A DNA stretch of 25,755 bases from Octopus sinensis (Eukaryota), in contig NW_021836055.1 of assembly GCF_006345805.1 (NCBI RefSeq), positions 1 through 25,755 of the forward strand, written 5' to 3'. Under the pieces are notes generated by a model. That model was not told the DNA's origin. It saw only the letters and a program-made list of their open reading frames with translations, and searched no databases. This document shows positions 1 to 11,048 of the stretch, one piece after another. The translations under genes and the position numbers were made by a program. The first letter of the stretch is position 1, and each line of letters begins with the position of its first letter.

Positions 1-10
1 ACAACCCTGC

Positions 11-58
11 ATATGTGTATACATATATGTATATATCTTATATATTATATAATATTAT

Positions 59-105
<47 letters not shown>

Positions 106-152
106 GGAAAGATGTGCGAGAGACCAGCCATATATATATATATATATATACA
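11..152. repeat. (TA)n microsatellites, interrupted
   Basis: Direct reading of TA runs. Confidence 0.95.
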
Positions 153-802
153 AAATTTAGAGGAATGACCACTATGCCTGTATGCAAGATATAGACGTGA
201 AACTCGCATTTACCAGGAAGAATGTGTTCTCAAAAAACAATTCAGCAAAAACCAAATTTTATATATATATGTAAGAGAGAGAGAGAGAGAGAATTTGCTT
301 GTCTGATGTTGATCTGAAGATGACAACATCAGTGAGCAGAGTGTTCCGCGACTAAGCCTCCCTTTTTAGGCAGAGCACAGCTTGTTCCATACGAAGAGGG
401 ACCTAGAAGTTTTAGATTTATGATTTATATTTATATATCTCACTCATTTTCTCTCTCTCTCTCTCTCACTGTCTTATTCTCTCTCCTTATATGTGTATGC
501 GTGTATGTTATATGTTCGCGGGAAATCGAAGGTTATTAATAAATCGATATCTGCTCGGGAAACTGCGAGATTTGAAAAGTTGCCTAGCATAATTATTCTT
601 AAAGCATAACCGCGCATGTGAAAGTTACTCTCTGACTGTTGTTGCGTTTCGTCACAGGGGAATATGCGTTCAGAATCCTGGATTATTTTGAAGCAAAGTC
701 AAAAACAGAAATGGAACATCGGCTAATGGCGCACTCAATACTGTTTAAAAAGTCAAAATTACTATTAAGTTCATATTCACTGGGACTTCACATTATGCAA
801 AC

Positions 803-1012
803 GTATATATATATATGTATATATATACGGATACACACGCAGGCAGGCAAGCACACACACACACACACACACACATATATCGGTACGTACAGATATCTAT
901 CTATCTATGTATATGCCTGACTACATGTCTGTTTGTCTATCTATCTATCTGCCTACTTATCTACCTACCTATACCCCTCTCTTACTCTCCTATATATATA
1001 TATATATATAAT

Positions 1013-1100
<88 letters not shown>

Positions 1101-1120
1101 CAAACATACATACATACATG
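803..1120. repeat. Compound (TA)n/(CA)n/(TATC)n microsatellite
   Basis: Direct reading; explains the YI/HT/LSIY ORFs in the track. Confidence 0.95.
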
Positions 1121-1185
1121 AGTGTGTGTCTGTGTGTCATATATAAGTATGTGAATAAATAGACCAATAGCGATGAATAATTGTG

Positions 1186-1310
<125 letters not shown>

Positions 1311-2519
1311 TTTCACACCTCCCCAGTCTATAACAGGACGCAACTAGAAATCTCACAGTGGCTTCAAATACTAAGTTTTACCCTCACTGGTTTTTTCTCT
1401 TTTTTTAGTTGACAAAAAACTTCCAAAGTATGTTATCCGGAATTCTCTCACTGCATACAGTTTCCCGGCTGTCGTCAATTTTTTACAATTGCTCAACACA
1501 GAAACGTGAACGACATAGATCTCGCAGTCATGGAATTCGTTTTGAATATTTGGCTTTATAACATTTTTCTAGATAAAATAAATACAAAAATATATTTGGA
1601 ATTCGAACTATAAGCTGCATTAGAATGGTCTTTCTTCTGCGCAGTCTTAGCACAACAAAGAAAATAATTAACGAAAGTCTATCACTTGAATTTGAATTTC
1701 TGATTAATATCTTGGACATATGATCCAAGGTAATTAACTGTTTCTCACAACATTTTCGAATTATAATTTTAATGGTTCGCCGTGCTTCTTTATTTTAGTC
1801 TGTTGTATATGTGCACGACATTGAACAAGTATCATAAGTTACAAAGGAATCCACTATTTGCAAGGAAAATATTGTTTTATAAGGATAATTTCTGACACCC
1901 TATACTGATGAGGTTGTTTAAAGTCGAAACCTGTCAACAAATTATGATGGAAGATTCTCTCTCTCTTTTTCCCCCCTCTCTTCCCCTCTTTCTCAGTACA
2001 TACAGAGCAGTATAATGTAATTTTAATTTATTTTTGCCTTTTCTTCAGCATCTAAAATTTGGTTCCTCTTATGTGTAGCAAACACGAAATTGGAAAAGAA
2101 AAAATAGTCTAACACAGAAGTTAATCCTAAAACCTCTTAGCAAGAACCATAATCCCTCCTCTTCTGTTTAATCATTATTGCCATCATCATTATGGGAATC
2201 CCAATCTTCAACATCATCATCATCATACTTGCACAAATCTACTCTTTCGCTCGATCAAATTTCTTGCAGAAACAGCATAGATTTGCTATGCAATGCTAAC
2301 CCGACTTTGATTTGATCTCGTGTCTTGTAGGCATAGACTGCGTCTTTTTTTTTCGTTTGCAATATCATTTATTATTATTTTCCCTTTTCTTCTCTACAGC
2401 AATTCCATTCTTGTGACGCTCTTTTTCGTTTCTTTCTTCTGCTTCTTACCACCATATATTGAAACATTTTATTAATTTTGCTCAGCATAATCATCATTTT
2501 GATCTCCGTCATCATCATC

Positions 2520-2850
2520 ATGTTCTGCTTCTTCTTCCACTATCCTTCTTCCACTTCTACTCCTCCTCTTCCTTTTTCTTTTTCTTCTCCTCCTTTTTCT
2601 CTTCTTCCTCCTCCTCCTCCTTTTTCTTCTTCTTCTTCTTCTTCTCCCCTCCTCCTCCTCCTCCTCCTCCTTATCATTATTATTATCATTATTCTCTTCC
2701 TCCCCTTCCCGTCTTCTTCGTCTTCCTATTCTTCTTCTCCTCCTCCTTATCATTATTATTATTATTATTCTCTTCCTCCTCCTCCTCGTCTTCTTCTTCT
2801 TCTTCTTCTTCTTCTTCTTCTTCTTCTTCTTCTTCTTCTTCTTTTTTTGT
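2520..2850 (+). repeat. (TCT)n/(TCC)n/(TAT)n low-complexity tract within a wider pyrimidine-rich region (~2400-3440)
   Basis: Direct reading; the poly-S/F/L ORFs derive from it. Confidence 0.95.
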
Positions 2851-3529
2851 CCCTATTCTATCTTCTATTCAATTTCTTCGTCTTTGCACCCAGTTCCTGT
2901 CATTCATTTCGTTGACATTATTTTCGTTTTATTCTTTCGCTCTCATTCCTATTCTATTTCCATTATTCCGTTCTTTCATAATACTTCTTCTCCAATTCTT
3001 TTTTTATCATTTCTTTTCGTTCGTTCTTTCGTAATTATTCTTACTCCTTCAGTAATTCATTCCTTACTTATTCCCTTGTTTTAATTCCTATTTTCATTCT
3101 TGCCTCCATTATTTTTCCTTCAATCTTTTCTTTATCCACCCACCTGATTCTAGATTTCTTTCTTCCTATCTATATTCATTATTTCTTACTCTATTTTATC
3201 TTTCTTCATTCACTCTCATTTTCCTTTCTTTCTCTCTTTGTTAATATTTTTCTTTCTTTTTCCTATTCGCTTCTTACATTTCTTTGCTTTGGATTGTTTG
3301 TTTTTATATTTCTTTCTTTATTCTTCCTCACTGTGTTTTTCTCTATTTTCCTTTACTTCTTTCATACATTTATATATTCCCTTCAATACACTTTATTTCG
3401 CGTTTTCTTCTATTCTCTTTCCAATCTTTTTCGCGCCTTTCACTTCATTGTATTGTCGTTATCATTGTTATTGTTGTCGCTGTCGTAGGTTTTGTTCTTA
3501 TTATTATCATGGTTATTATTTTCGATATT

Positions 3530-3559
3530 AGTAGTCATCATAATAATGATGATGATCAC

Positions 3560-3603
<44 letters not shown>

Positions 3604-3622
3604 TGATGATGATGATGATGAT
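3530..3622 (+). repeat. (AAT)n(GAT)n microsatellite
   Basis: Direct reading. Confidence 0.95.
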
Positions 3623-3814
3623 ATTTTCTCCTTTCTCTTTTCTATTTCGCCTTTCACTGCCGCCATGTTGCCAATGGACGGCTGTTGTTCTATAAGAGTT
3701 CTCTGGAAGTAATTAGCTGCTACTAAAATGGCTGACCATCCGCTGTGGCGATTTCTTTCCCCTACGCAAGCCACATAAATAAATAAATAAATGAGTAAAT
3801 AAATAAATTGAGTA

Positions 3815-5917
3815 GGTGGTGGTGGTGGTGGTGGTGGTGGTGGTGGTGATGGTGCTAGTGTTGTTGTTGTTGTTGTTGGTGGTGGGTGAAATAAAGGGAA
3901 GAATAGGTTTATACGAATCTCATTTTAGACAGCTGACACATTTACATAGTGTAGCGAAAAAGAGAGCTGATGCTAGCCAACTCATGAATTGGTATGGTGA
4001 TGTGATTTTGGTCTAGGGTATTGGCGGTGACGGTGGAGCTTGTGGTGGAGGTAGTGGTGGCACTAAAGGTGGTGATGGTGGTTGGGATGGTTGTGGTGAT
4101 AGTGGTAGCGGTGGTGATGATGGTGGTGGTGGTGGTGGTGGTGATGCTTGTCGTGATGGTTGTGGTGATGGTGGTGACGGTGGTGATAGTGGTGGTCGTG
4201 GTTGTGGTAGTGATGGTGATCGTGGTGGTTGTGGTGGTGGTAGTAGTGGCAGTGATGGTGGTTGTGGTGGTGCTTGTGGAGATGGTGGTGGTGGTGTTGA
4301 TGGTAGTAGTGGTGGTGATGGTGATAATGATGGTGGTGGAGCTTATGTTGTTGTTGTTGGTGGTGGTGGTGGAGGTGGTTGAGGGGCGTAGCGGTGGGGG
4401 ACATGGTGGAGGTGGAGGCGGTGCTGGGGCTTGGTCGTGGATTTGTGGTTATGTCAGTATGGTGAATATTGGTCGTAATGTGATGGCGTTGGTGTTCCTA
4501 GTGGTGGCGATGGTTGTATTAGTGGTGTTGGCGTAGGTGTTGGTATTGCTGAAGATAGCCTGGCACCACCGGTGGTAGCATTGTTGGCGGTCGGTAGCTA
4601 GTCGTAGTATTAGTGGTGGTGGTGGTGGTGGTGGTGGTGATGGGGGTTGTAGTAGTGGCGTTGATGACGCCATTGATGCCGTATTTGCAGTGATCAAGAT
4701 TTGGTGCTAGTATCGGAGATGACGTTGATGATGGTGATAATGATGACGATGGCGGATGTGGTCACGATAGTGTTGGCGGTGGTGATGGTAGTGGATGTTG
4801 TCACGATTCTGTTGATGTTGGAGGTGGTGGTGGTGGTGGTGGTGCGGCTGATGGTGGTAGTAGTGGTGATGGTGATGTTGGTGGTTATTGCAGTGCTAGT
4901 GGCGATGGTTGTGGTGGTGGTGGTGGTGGTTGCAGTGCTTATGGTGGATATGCTGTTGGCAGCGGTTGTCACGATGGCATTGGTAGTTGTGGTTCTGGTG
5001 GTGGTCGACGTCGTCGTTGTCGTGGTGGTCGTGGTTCTGATGGTCGGGGTTCTGGTGGTGGTTCTGGTGGTGGTTCTGGTGGTGGTGTGGTGGTGGTGGT
5101 GGTGGTACTAGTGGTGATGATGGTACTGGTGGTGGTGGTGGTGGTGGTGGTGGTGGTGGTGGTGATGGTAGTGGTGATGGTGTTGGTAGTGGTGGTGTTG
5201 GTTATGGTGGTGGTGGCGGCGGTGGTGGTGGTGGTGGTAGTGGTATTTAATGAAAAGGAAGTGAATGGTATAGTTAGCGATATTGTTGATAGTGAAGTAG
5301 CGTTATCCCCGAGATGGTGGTAACGACGGCGACGGTCATCAGCGGAGTGGCGATGGCGTTGGTGGTTGGGCACGTAGATATTGATAATGCGTGTAGTGAT
5401 AGCGGTCGGTGTGCTATGGGATGTGATCGCCTTTTGTTTTCCGCAGTTTTGTTACGGGTGGTGGTGTTGGTGACGTTTGTAGTGGCGGTTGTTGTAGTGG
5501 TGGTGGTGGCAGAAGTGGTGGTCATATGATTATTGTTCTTGATGGAAGAAGTGTTAATTCAATTGCTGATGGTGATGATGGTGATTGGATAATTGTTAAG
5601 GTGACGCTGATGGTGGTGGTGGTGCTGCTGGTACTGGTGGTTTGTGATGGTGGTTGTGGTTGTTGTGGTGCGGATGATGGTGATGATGGTCGTGATGGTT
5701 GTGGTGGTTGTGGTGGTGAGCTAATTGTGGGTGTGATGGCAGTGCTACATTAAATAATGACGATGTTGATGCTGTTAATGGTGGTCGGTGAGATGGCGCT
5801 GGTGGTGGAGGTAGTGGTAGTGCTTGCGCCGATGACGCTGTCTGTGCATGTGTGTGCGGTAGTATTATATTTATTCATCGTGTTATATGTAGTAGTAGTA
5901 GTAGTAGTAGTAGTAGT

Positions 5918-5963
<46 letters not shown>

Positions 5964-6094
5964 TAGTGGTGATGGTGGTGGTGGTGGTGGGGTGCTGATG
6001 GTTGTCGTGGTGGTGGTAGAATAATAGTGATAGTAGTAGTAGTGGTGGGGTGGTGGTGGTGGTGGTAGTAATAGCAGCAGCAGCAGTAGTAATT

Positions 6095-6145
<51 letters not shown>

Positions 6146-6363
6146 ATGGTGGTAGCGTTGGACATTTTCGTTCGTTGTGACCTGGAAGATACTTTTGTTG
6201 TTTTCACTTGCATTAAATTTGCAGAAATTGTTGCCGTAATTGTTGTTGTTGTTGTTATTATTGTTGTTGTTGTTGTTGCTGTTGTTGTTGTTGCTGTTGT
6301 TGTTTTGCTGTTGTCAGAAGTTCTGATGGTTGCGGTGGTGGTGGCGGTGGTGGTAATGGTGTA
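3815..6363 (+). repeat. ~2.5-kb degenerate (GGT)n tract with (AGT)n and (GTT)n blocks
   Basis: Triplet periodicity throughout; it yields poly-V, poly-T and poly-H ORFs. Confidence 0.95.
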
Positions 6364-6627
6364 AGGTAGTATTGTTCATGCTGTTGTTGACAGTGACACA
6401 ACAGAAAGGAGAAGCGCTGTGTGCATGGAACTACGCTAAAGACGGATCTCCGATGCAGATCATGCTAACTCAAGGTAACATCGATGACGGTGGCACAAAT
6501 ATGTCAAAAGGTATTGCAGGATCTTTCTGGTTTTCTTCACTGTTTCCAATTTTATTCCAATTGCTTTCAAATTTGATAGATTAAGTTTTGTATATTAATT
6601 ATGAAAATGAAATTCATTTTCCCTATA

Positions 6628-7038
6628 GGCGCAGGAGTGGCTGTGTGGTAAGTAGCTTGCTTACCAACCACATGGTTCCGGGTTCAGGCAAGTGTCTTCT
6701 ACTATAGCCTCTGGTTGACCAAAGCCTTGTGAGTGTGGATTTGGTAGACGGAAACTGAAAGAAGCCCGTCGTATATATATATATATATATATATATGCGC
6801 GCGCGCGTGTGTGTGTGTGTGTGTGTTTGTGTGTTTGTGTTTGTTCCCCCAACATCGCTTGACAACCGATGCTGGTGTGTTTAAGTCCTCGTCACTTAGT
6901 AGTCCGGCAAGAGAAACCGATAGAATAAGTACTAGACTTACAAAGAATAAGTCCTGGGGTCGATTTACTCGACTAAAAGGTGGTGCTCCAGTATGGCCGC
7001 AGTCAAATGACTGAAACAAATAAGATAAAAGAATAAAA
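6628..7038 (+). mobile_element. tRNA-derived SINE, family A, near full length with a 21-nt deletion after the B box
   Basis: tRNA-like head GGCGCAGGAGTGGCTGTGTGGTAAG...GGTTCAG, an internal TA/TG tract and an A-rich tail. It is colinear with the inverted copy at 8004-8441, which has the extra TGCCATTGCGTGGCACCTTGG. Confidence 0.9.
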
Positions 7039-7351
7039 ATGAATCCATTATTAAAAAGTTATTACCCTAAACAGTTTGCAAATTTTGGGTATTTTAGCCA
7101 ATGAGAAGCGAGTATTTTACAAATCACCGTGGCGAAGGTCTCTTTTCCCATAGTAACCAAAGATGCTGTGCATGCGCACAAGGAAGAGAAGGGGATACGA
7201 GGAAGATAATCTTCTACTATAATAATACTCTTGTGATTTTCTATATCACAACATATAAATGAGAAAGGAAGGGGTGATAGATGAATAAGGAGGGAGGGAA
7301 GGGGTAATAGCAGACTGGCTGTGGGAGCGTTTCAAATCTGTGTGACTATAT

Positions 7352-7451
7352 GTGTGTGTAAAAGGGAGCTATGTGATTGTTTGAATGTGTATGATGGTGT
7401 GTGTGTAAAAGGGAGCTATGTGATTGCTTGAATGTGTATGATGGTGTGTGT
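7352..7451. repeat. 47-bp tandem duplication (2 units)
   Basis: AAAAGGGAGCTATGTGATTG(T/C)TTGAATGTGTATGATGGTGTGTGTG starts at 7360 and at 7407, with one mismatch. Confidence 0.95.
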
Positions 7452-8003
7452 GTGCATATGTGTATGTGAGGGTGTGCATGTGTGTGTGTGTGTAAAGAAA
7501 CCACTAAACAACATTGACAAGTGTATTAATTTGATTTACCATTCATACTTATGTGTAAAATACTACAATTAGCCGTCATTTTTTATGGCACGGGGCCGGT
7601 TAGTTTATTTTCTAAAATCCTAGAGTGTATTGCAAACTTTCGCTCTTGAATTTTTTAAACCAATAAATGTTTGTTCTCAAAAATGTTTTGACTGTTGTTT
7701 CTAGCAATTCCTGTTGGTTTGTTTGTTCGTAGCTTTTAAATATTTAATTTGCTTGCAAATGTTTTAATGTTAATTCGTGTATATTTTAATGTTTTGACTG
7801 TTCTTTCTAGCATTTTCTAGCAATGCCGATGTCCCCAACACACCCTGATGATGGAAGAGGCAGCGAATGCGATGTTTTCTGATTGGCTGAAAATTCCGAA
7901 AATTATCAAAATTTGAACACCTGTGACATTTTTGCAAAAATTTTTCTATAATAAATGAATAATGAATTCGGATTCAGCGTCAAAAATTACATCTATATGA
8001 TAC

Positions 8004-8441
8004 TTTACTCTTTTTACTCTGTTATTTGTTTCAGTCATGTGACTGTGGCCATGCTGGTGCACCGCATTTAGTCGAGCAAATTGACCCCAAGACTTATTCT
8101 TTGTAAGCATAGTACTTTTTCTATAGATCTCTTTTGCTGGATCGCTAAATAACTGGAACGTAAACACACCAACATCGGTTATCAAGCGATATTGGGGGGA
8201 CAAACACAGACACACAAACATATACACACACAAACATATACATACACAAACATATATATACATATATACATGTATATACGACGGACTTCTTTCAGTTTCC
8301 GTCAACCAAAACCACTGACAAGACTTTGGTCGGCCCGACGCTATAGTAGAAGACACTTGCCCAAGGTGCCACGCAATGGCACTGAACTCGGAACCATGTG
8401 GTTGGTAAGCAAGCTACTTACCACACAACCACTCCTACGCC
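8004..8441 (-). mobile_element. tRNA-derived SINE, family A, full length
   Basis: The reverse complement aligns end to end with 6628-7038; A box and B box (GAGTTCAGTGCC) are present. Confidence 0.9.
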
Positions 8442-8678
8442 ATTAAAAAGTTTGTTTTAAAGATAATTGTAAACAGTGACGTAAACCCCAAAGCTCCCTA
8501 TTGTATGTTTCCATACAAATGTAGACTGCAGTAGTAGCTTTGCTGCTTGCAGTTGTTGTTATTGTTGTTGATGTTGCAGCAGTGGTTGCTGTTTTTTGTT
8601 GTTGCTGTTGTTACACTAGTATATGATGTAGCTGTTGGATCTATAGCTATTGTTTACAGCATTGTTCTCGCTGTTAGT

Positions 8679-8797
8679 TTTCATCTTTTCGGAGTCAATA
8701 TAACAAGTAACATTTGAGCACTGGAGTTGGGTCGTTGTAATCGACTGGCCCCGTCGCCCCAAATTTCAGGCCATGTACCTATAGTAGAAGGGATTAT
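8679..8797 (+). mobile_element. SINE family B, 5'-truncated and diverged
   Basis: TTTCATCTTTTCGGAGTC...GTAATCGACTGGCCCC...AAATTTCAGGCCATGTACCTATAGTAGAA matches the 3' half of the other family B copies. Confidence 0.75.
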
Positions 8798-8848
8798 GAA
8801 TCTTGAAATGATGAAAGACATAAAATAATTTTTTTTTTTTAAACTGCA

Positions 8849-8970
8849 GAGGTCGACTTTGCTTGTTATCCTTTCGGGGTCGATGAAACAAGTACCTGTT
8901 ACGTACTGGGGGCGATATAATCGATTAGTTCCCTCCCCCAAAATTTCAGACTTTGTGCCTTAAGTAGAAA
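8849..8970 (+). mobile_element. SINE family B, 5'-truncated, followed by an (ATT)n tail
   Basis: GAGGTCGACTTTGC...TCCTTTCGGGGTCGAT...AAATTTCAGACTTTGTGCCTTAAGTAGAAA. Confidence 0.85.
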
Positions 8971-8974
8971 TACT

Positions 8975-9015
8975 TGTTGTTATTGTTGTTCTTGTTGTTT
9001 TTATTATCATTATCA

Positions 9016-9085
<70 letters not shown>

Positions 9086-9116
9086 CATCATCATTATTAT
9101 TATTATTATTATTATT
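8975..9116 (+). repeat. (ATT)n/(ATC)n microsatellite
   Basis: Direct reading. Confidence 0.97.
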
Positions 9117-9623
9117 AATCGAAAGAGCAGTGCATACCATCAAAGTGACACTGGGGTAAAATATACAAAGCCCAGTATACCCATCTGGACTACCCGTCTG
9201 AGAAGGGTACAGTTGGTACATGCATCACAACCATATGTGCGCGACATGGTGATCTCAGATCAAAATAAACAGCACATGACTTTGCAGGTGGGGCCCAGTT
9301 AGAATTTTCTTCTGGTCGTGTAACCCATCCCACTCAAAAGGTTGTTTAAGGATGTTGAACGAAACACCCATGTTTCCAGGGGTGAATTATTCAAACCCCA
9401 AAGAATCCCTCTCAACACATGGTTATGATGCTCCCCCACTACTTCTGCTCGTGATTAGAGATGCACAAATCGTCAGCCACTAAGAGACATGCTCAACTGG
9501 TTAAGGTCAAAGAACTGACAAGCAAATTTGTGGTATTGAGTACAATATTTGCGTAGCCCATCTTTTATACCAAGACAAAACAATGTACATGAACACTTCC
9601 AATTAGTTAAGATCAGAAGCCAC
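9117..9623 (-). mobile_element. ~507-bp interspersed element flanked by (TAA)n on both sides; probable non-autonomous or truncated retroposon, copy 1
   Basis: Complex sequence with sharp boundaries against TAA repeats at both ends and no credible ORF. The strand is inferred from the (AAT)n tail. Confidence 0.6.
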
Positions 9624-9687
<64 letters not shown>

Positions 9688-9760
9688 CATCATCATCATC
9701 ATCATCATTATCATTATCATTATCATTATCATGATCATTATTATTATTATTATTATTATT

Positions 9761-10260
9761 AATCGAAGAGCAGTGCATACCATCAAAGTGACACTGGGGT
9801 AAAATATACAAAGCCAGTATACCCATCTGGACTACCCGTCTGAGAAGGGTACAGTTGGTACATGCATCACAACCATATGTGCGCGACATGGTGATCTCAG
9901 ATCAAAATAAACAGCACATGACTTTGCAGGTGGGGCCCAGTTAGAATTTTCTTCTGGTCGTGTAACCCATCCACTCAAAAGGTTGTTTAAGGATGTTGAC
10001 GAAAACACCCATGTTTCCAGGGGTGAATATTCAAACCCCAAAGAATCCCTCTCAACACATGGTATGATGCTCCCCCACTACTTCTGCTCGTGATTAGAGA
10101 TGCACAAATCGTCAGCCACTAAGAGACATGCTCAACTGGTTAAGGTCAAAGAACTGACAAGCAAATTTGTGGATTGAGTACAATATTTGCGTAGCCCATC
10201 TTTTATACCAAGACAAAACAATGTACATGGAACATTCCAATTAGTTAAGACAGAAGCCAC
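9761..10260 (-). mobile_element. Same (TAA)n-flanked element, copy 2 (tandem, period 644 bp)
   Basis: Nearly identical to 9117-9623 apart from about ten 1-bp indels. Confidence 0.6.
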
Positions 10261-10325
<65 letters not shown>

Positions 10326-10377
10326 TATTATCATCATCATCATCATCATCATTCTCATTATCATTATCATTATCAGA

Positions 10378-10410
<33 letters not shown>

Positions 10411-10420
10411 GATTATTATT

Positions 10421-10455
<35 letters not shown>

Positions 10456-10497
10456 TATCATTATCATTATTATTATTATTTATTATTATCATCATCA

Positions 10498-10552
<55 letters not shown>

Positions 10553-10557
10553 CATCA

Positions 10558-10612
<55 letters not shown>
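10261..10612 (+). repeat. (ATT)n/(ATC)n microsatellite
   Basis: Direct reading. Confidence 0.97.
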
Positions 10613-10613
<1 letters not shown>

Positions 10614-11048
10614 TGCTACGGATTCATATGAATATATGTTCCCAATTCACTCTGAATAAAAAGTATACTATTTGTTGAATAAAAAATTTCTCCAAAAATT
10701 TCTACTACATGGAACCTGCCTTTCGAGAGCCAGAAATTTTTTTTTTTTTAAATAACAGCTTCAAGTTTAATTTACAGGCAAAATTTAATCTTCACTCCCA
10801 CATCACCGACAAACAGCAGACTATAAAATTTCACCTGGTCTCACCACAACAGGAAACTAAAAGTGTACAAATAATACATTTCACACTGGGGGGAGAAAAA
10901 CAGAAAGCAATTATTGTAATTTGAACAAAAAATAACAATAAACACAATTTTTTTTTAAATGGTCATTTGATGTACTGCGAGTATAAATGTTGCTCACAAC
11001 AACAGTAGTATGCAAATAAGAATCACTTTGGGAGTGAAAACGAACAGC

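Noticed and set aside
303-332. Hairpin CTGATGTTG-12 nt-CAACATCAG containing CTGAAGA
   Set aside because: Only a 9-bp stem, and no GAAA/UH in hammerhead geometry.
515-620. E2F-like GCGGGAAA, DRE-like and GCGCATG motifs, with short inverted matches to 1467-1528
   Set aside because: 8-10-bp matches are too short to support a promoter or TIR call.
1528-1728. 66-aa hydrophobic/basic ORF on the minus strand
   Set aside because: AT-rich composition explains it; no recognisable family motif.
4021-5753. Poly-Val, poly-Thr and poly-His ORFs, plus an unlisted 119-codon Gly-rich frame (4023-4379) resembling mucin or structural proteins
   Set aside because: GGT repeats rarely mutate to stop codons, so long open frames are expected. 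There is no credible start, signal peptide or splice context.
7682-7812. 25-bp direct repeat AATGTTTTGACTGTT(G/C)TTTCTAGCA spaced 106 bp apart
   Set aside because: Real but uninformative; only two units and no element recognised between them, so it is not a CRISPR array or a supported TSD.
7845-7872. CTGATGA followed by GCGAATGC
   Set aside because: Lacks GAAA and stems I/III; not a hammerhead.
10835-10910. Strong minus-strand splice acceptor (polypyrimidine + CAG) about 160 bp downstream of the p53-like ORF
   Set aside because: The only in-ORF donor candidate is weak and would give an immediate stop; cannot be linked without RNA data.
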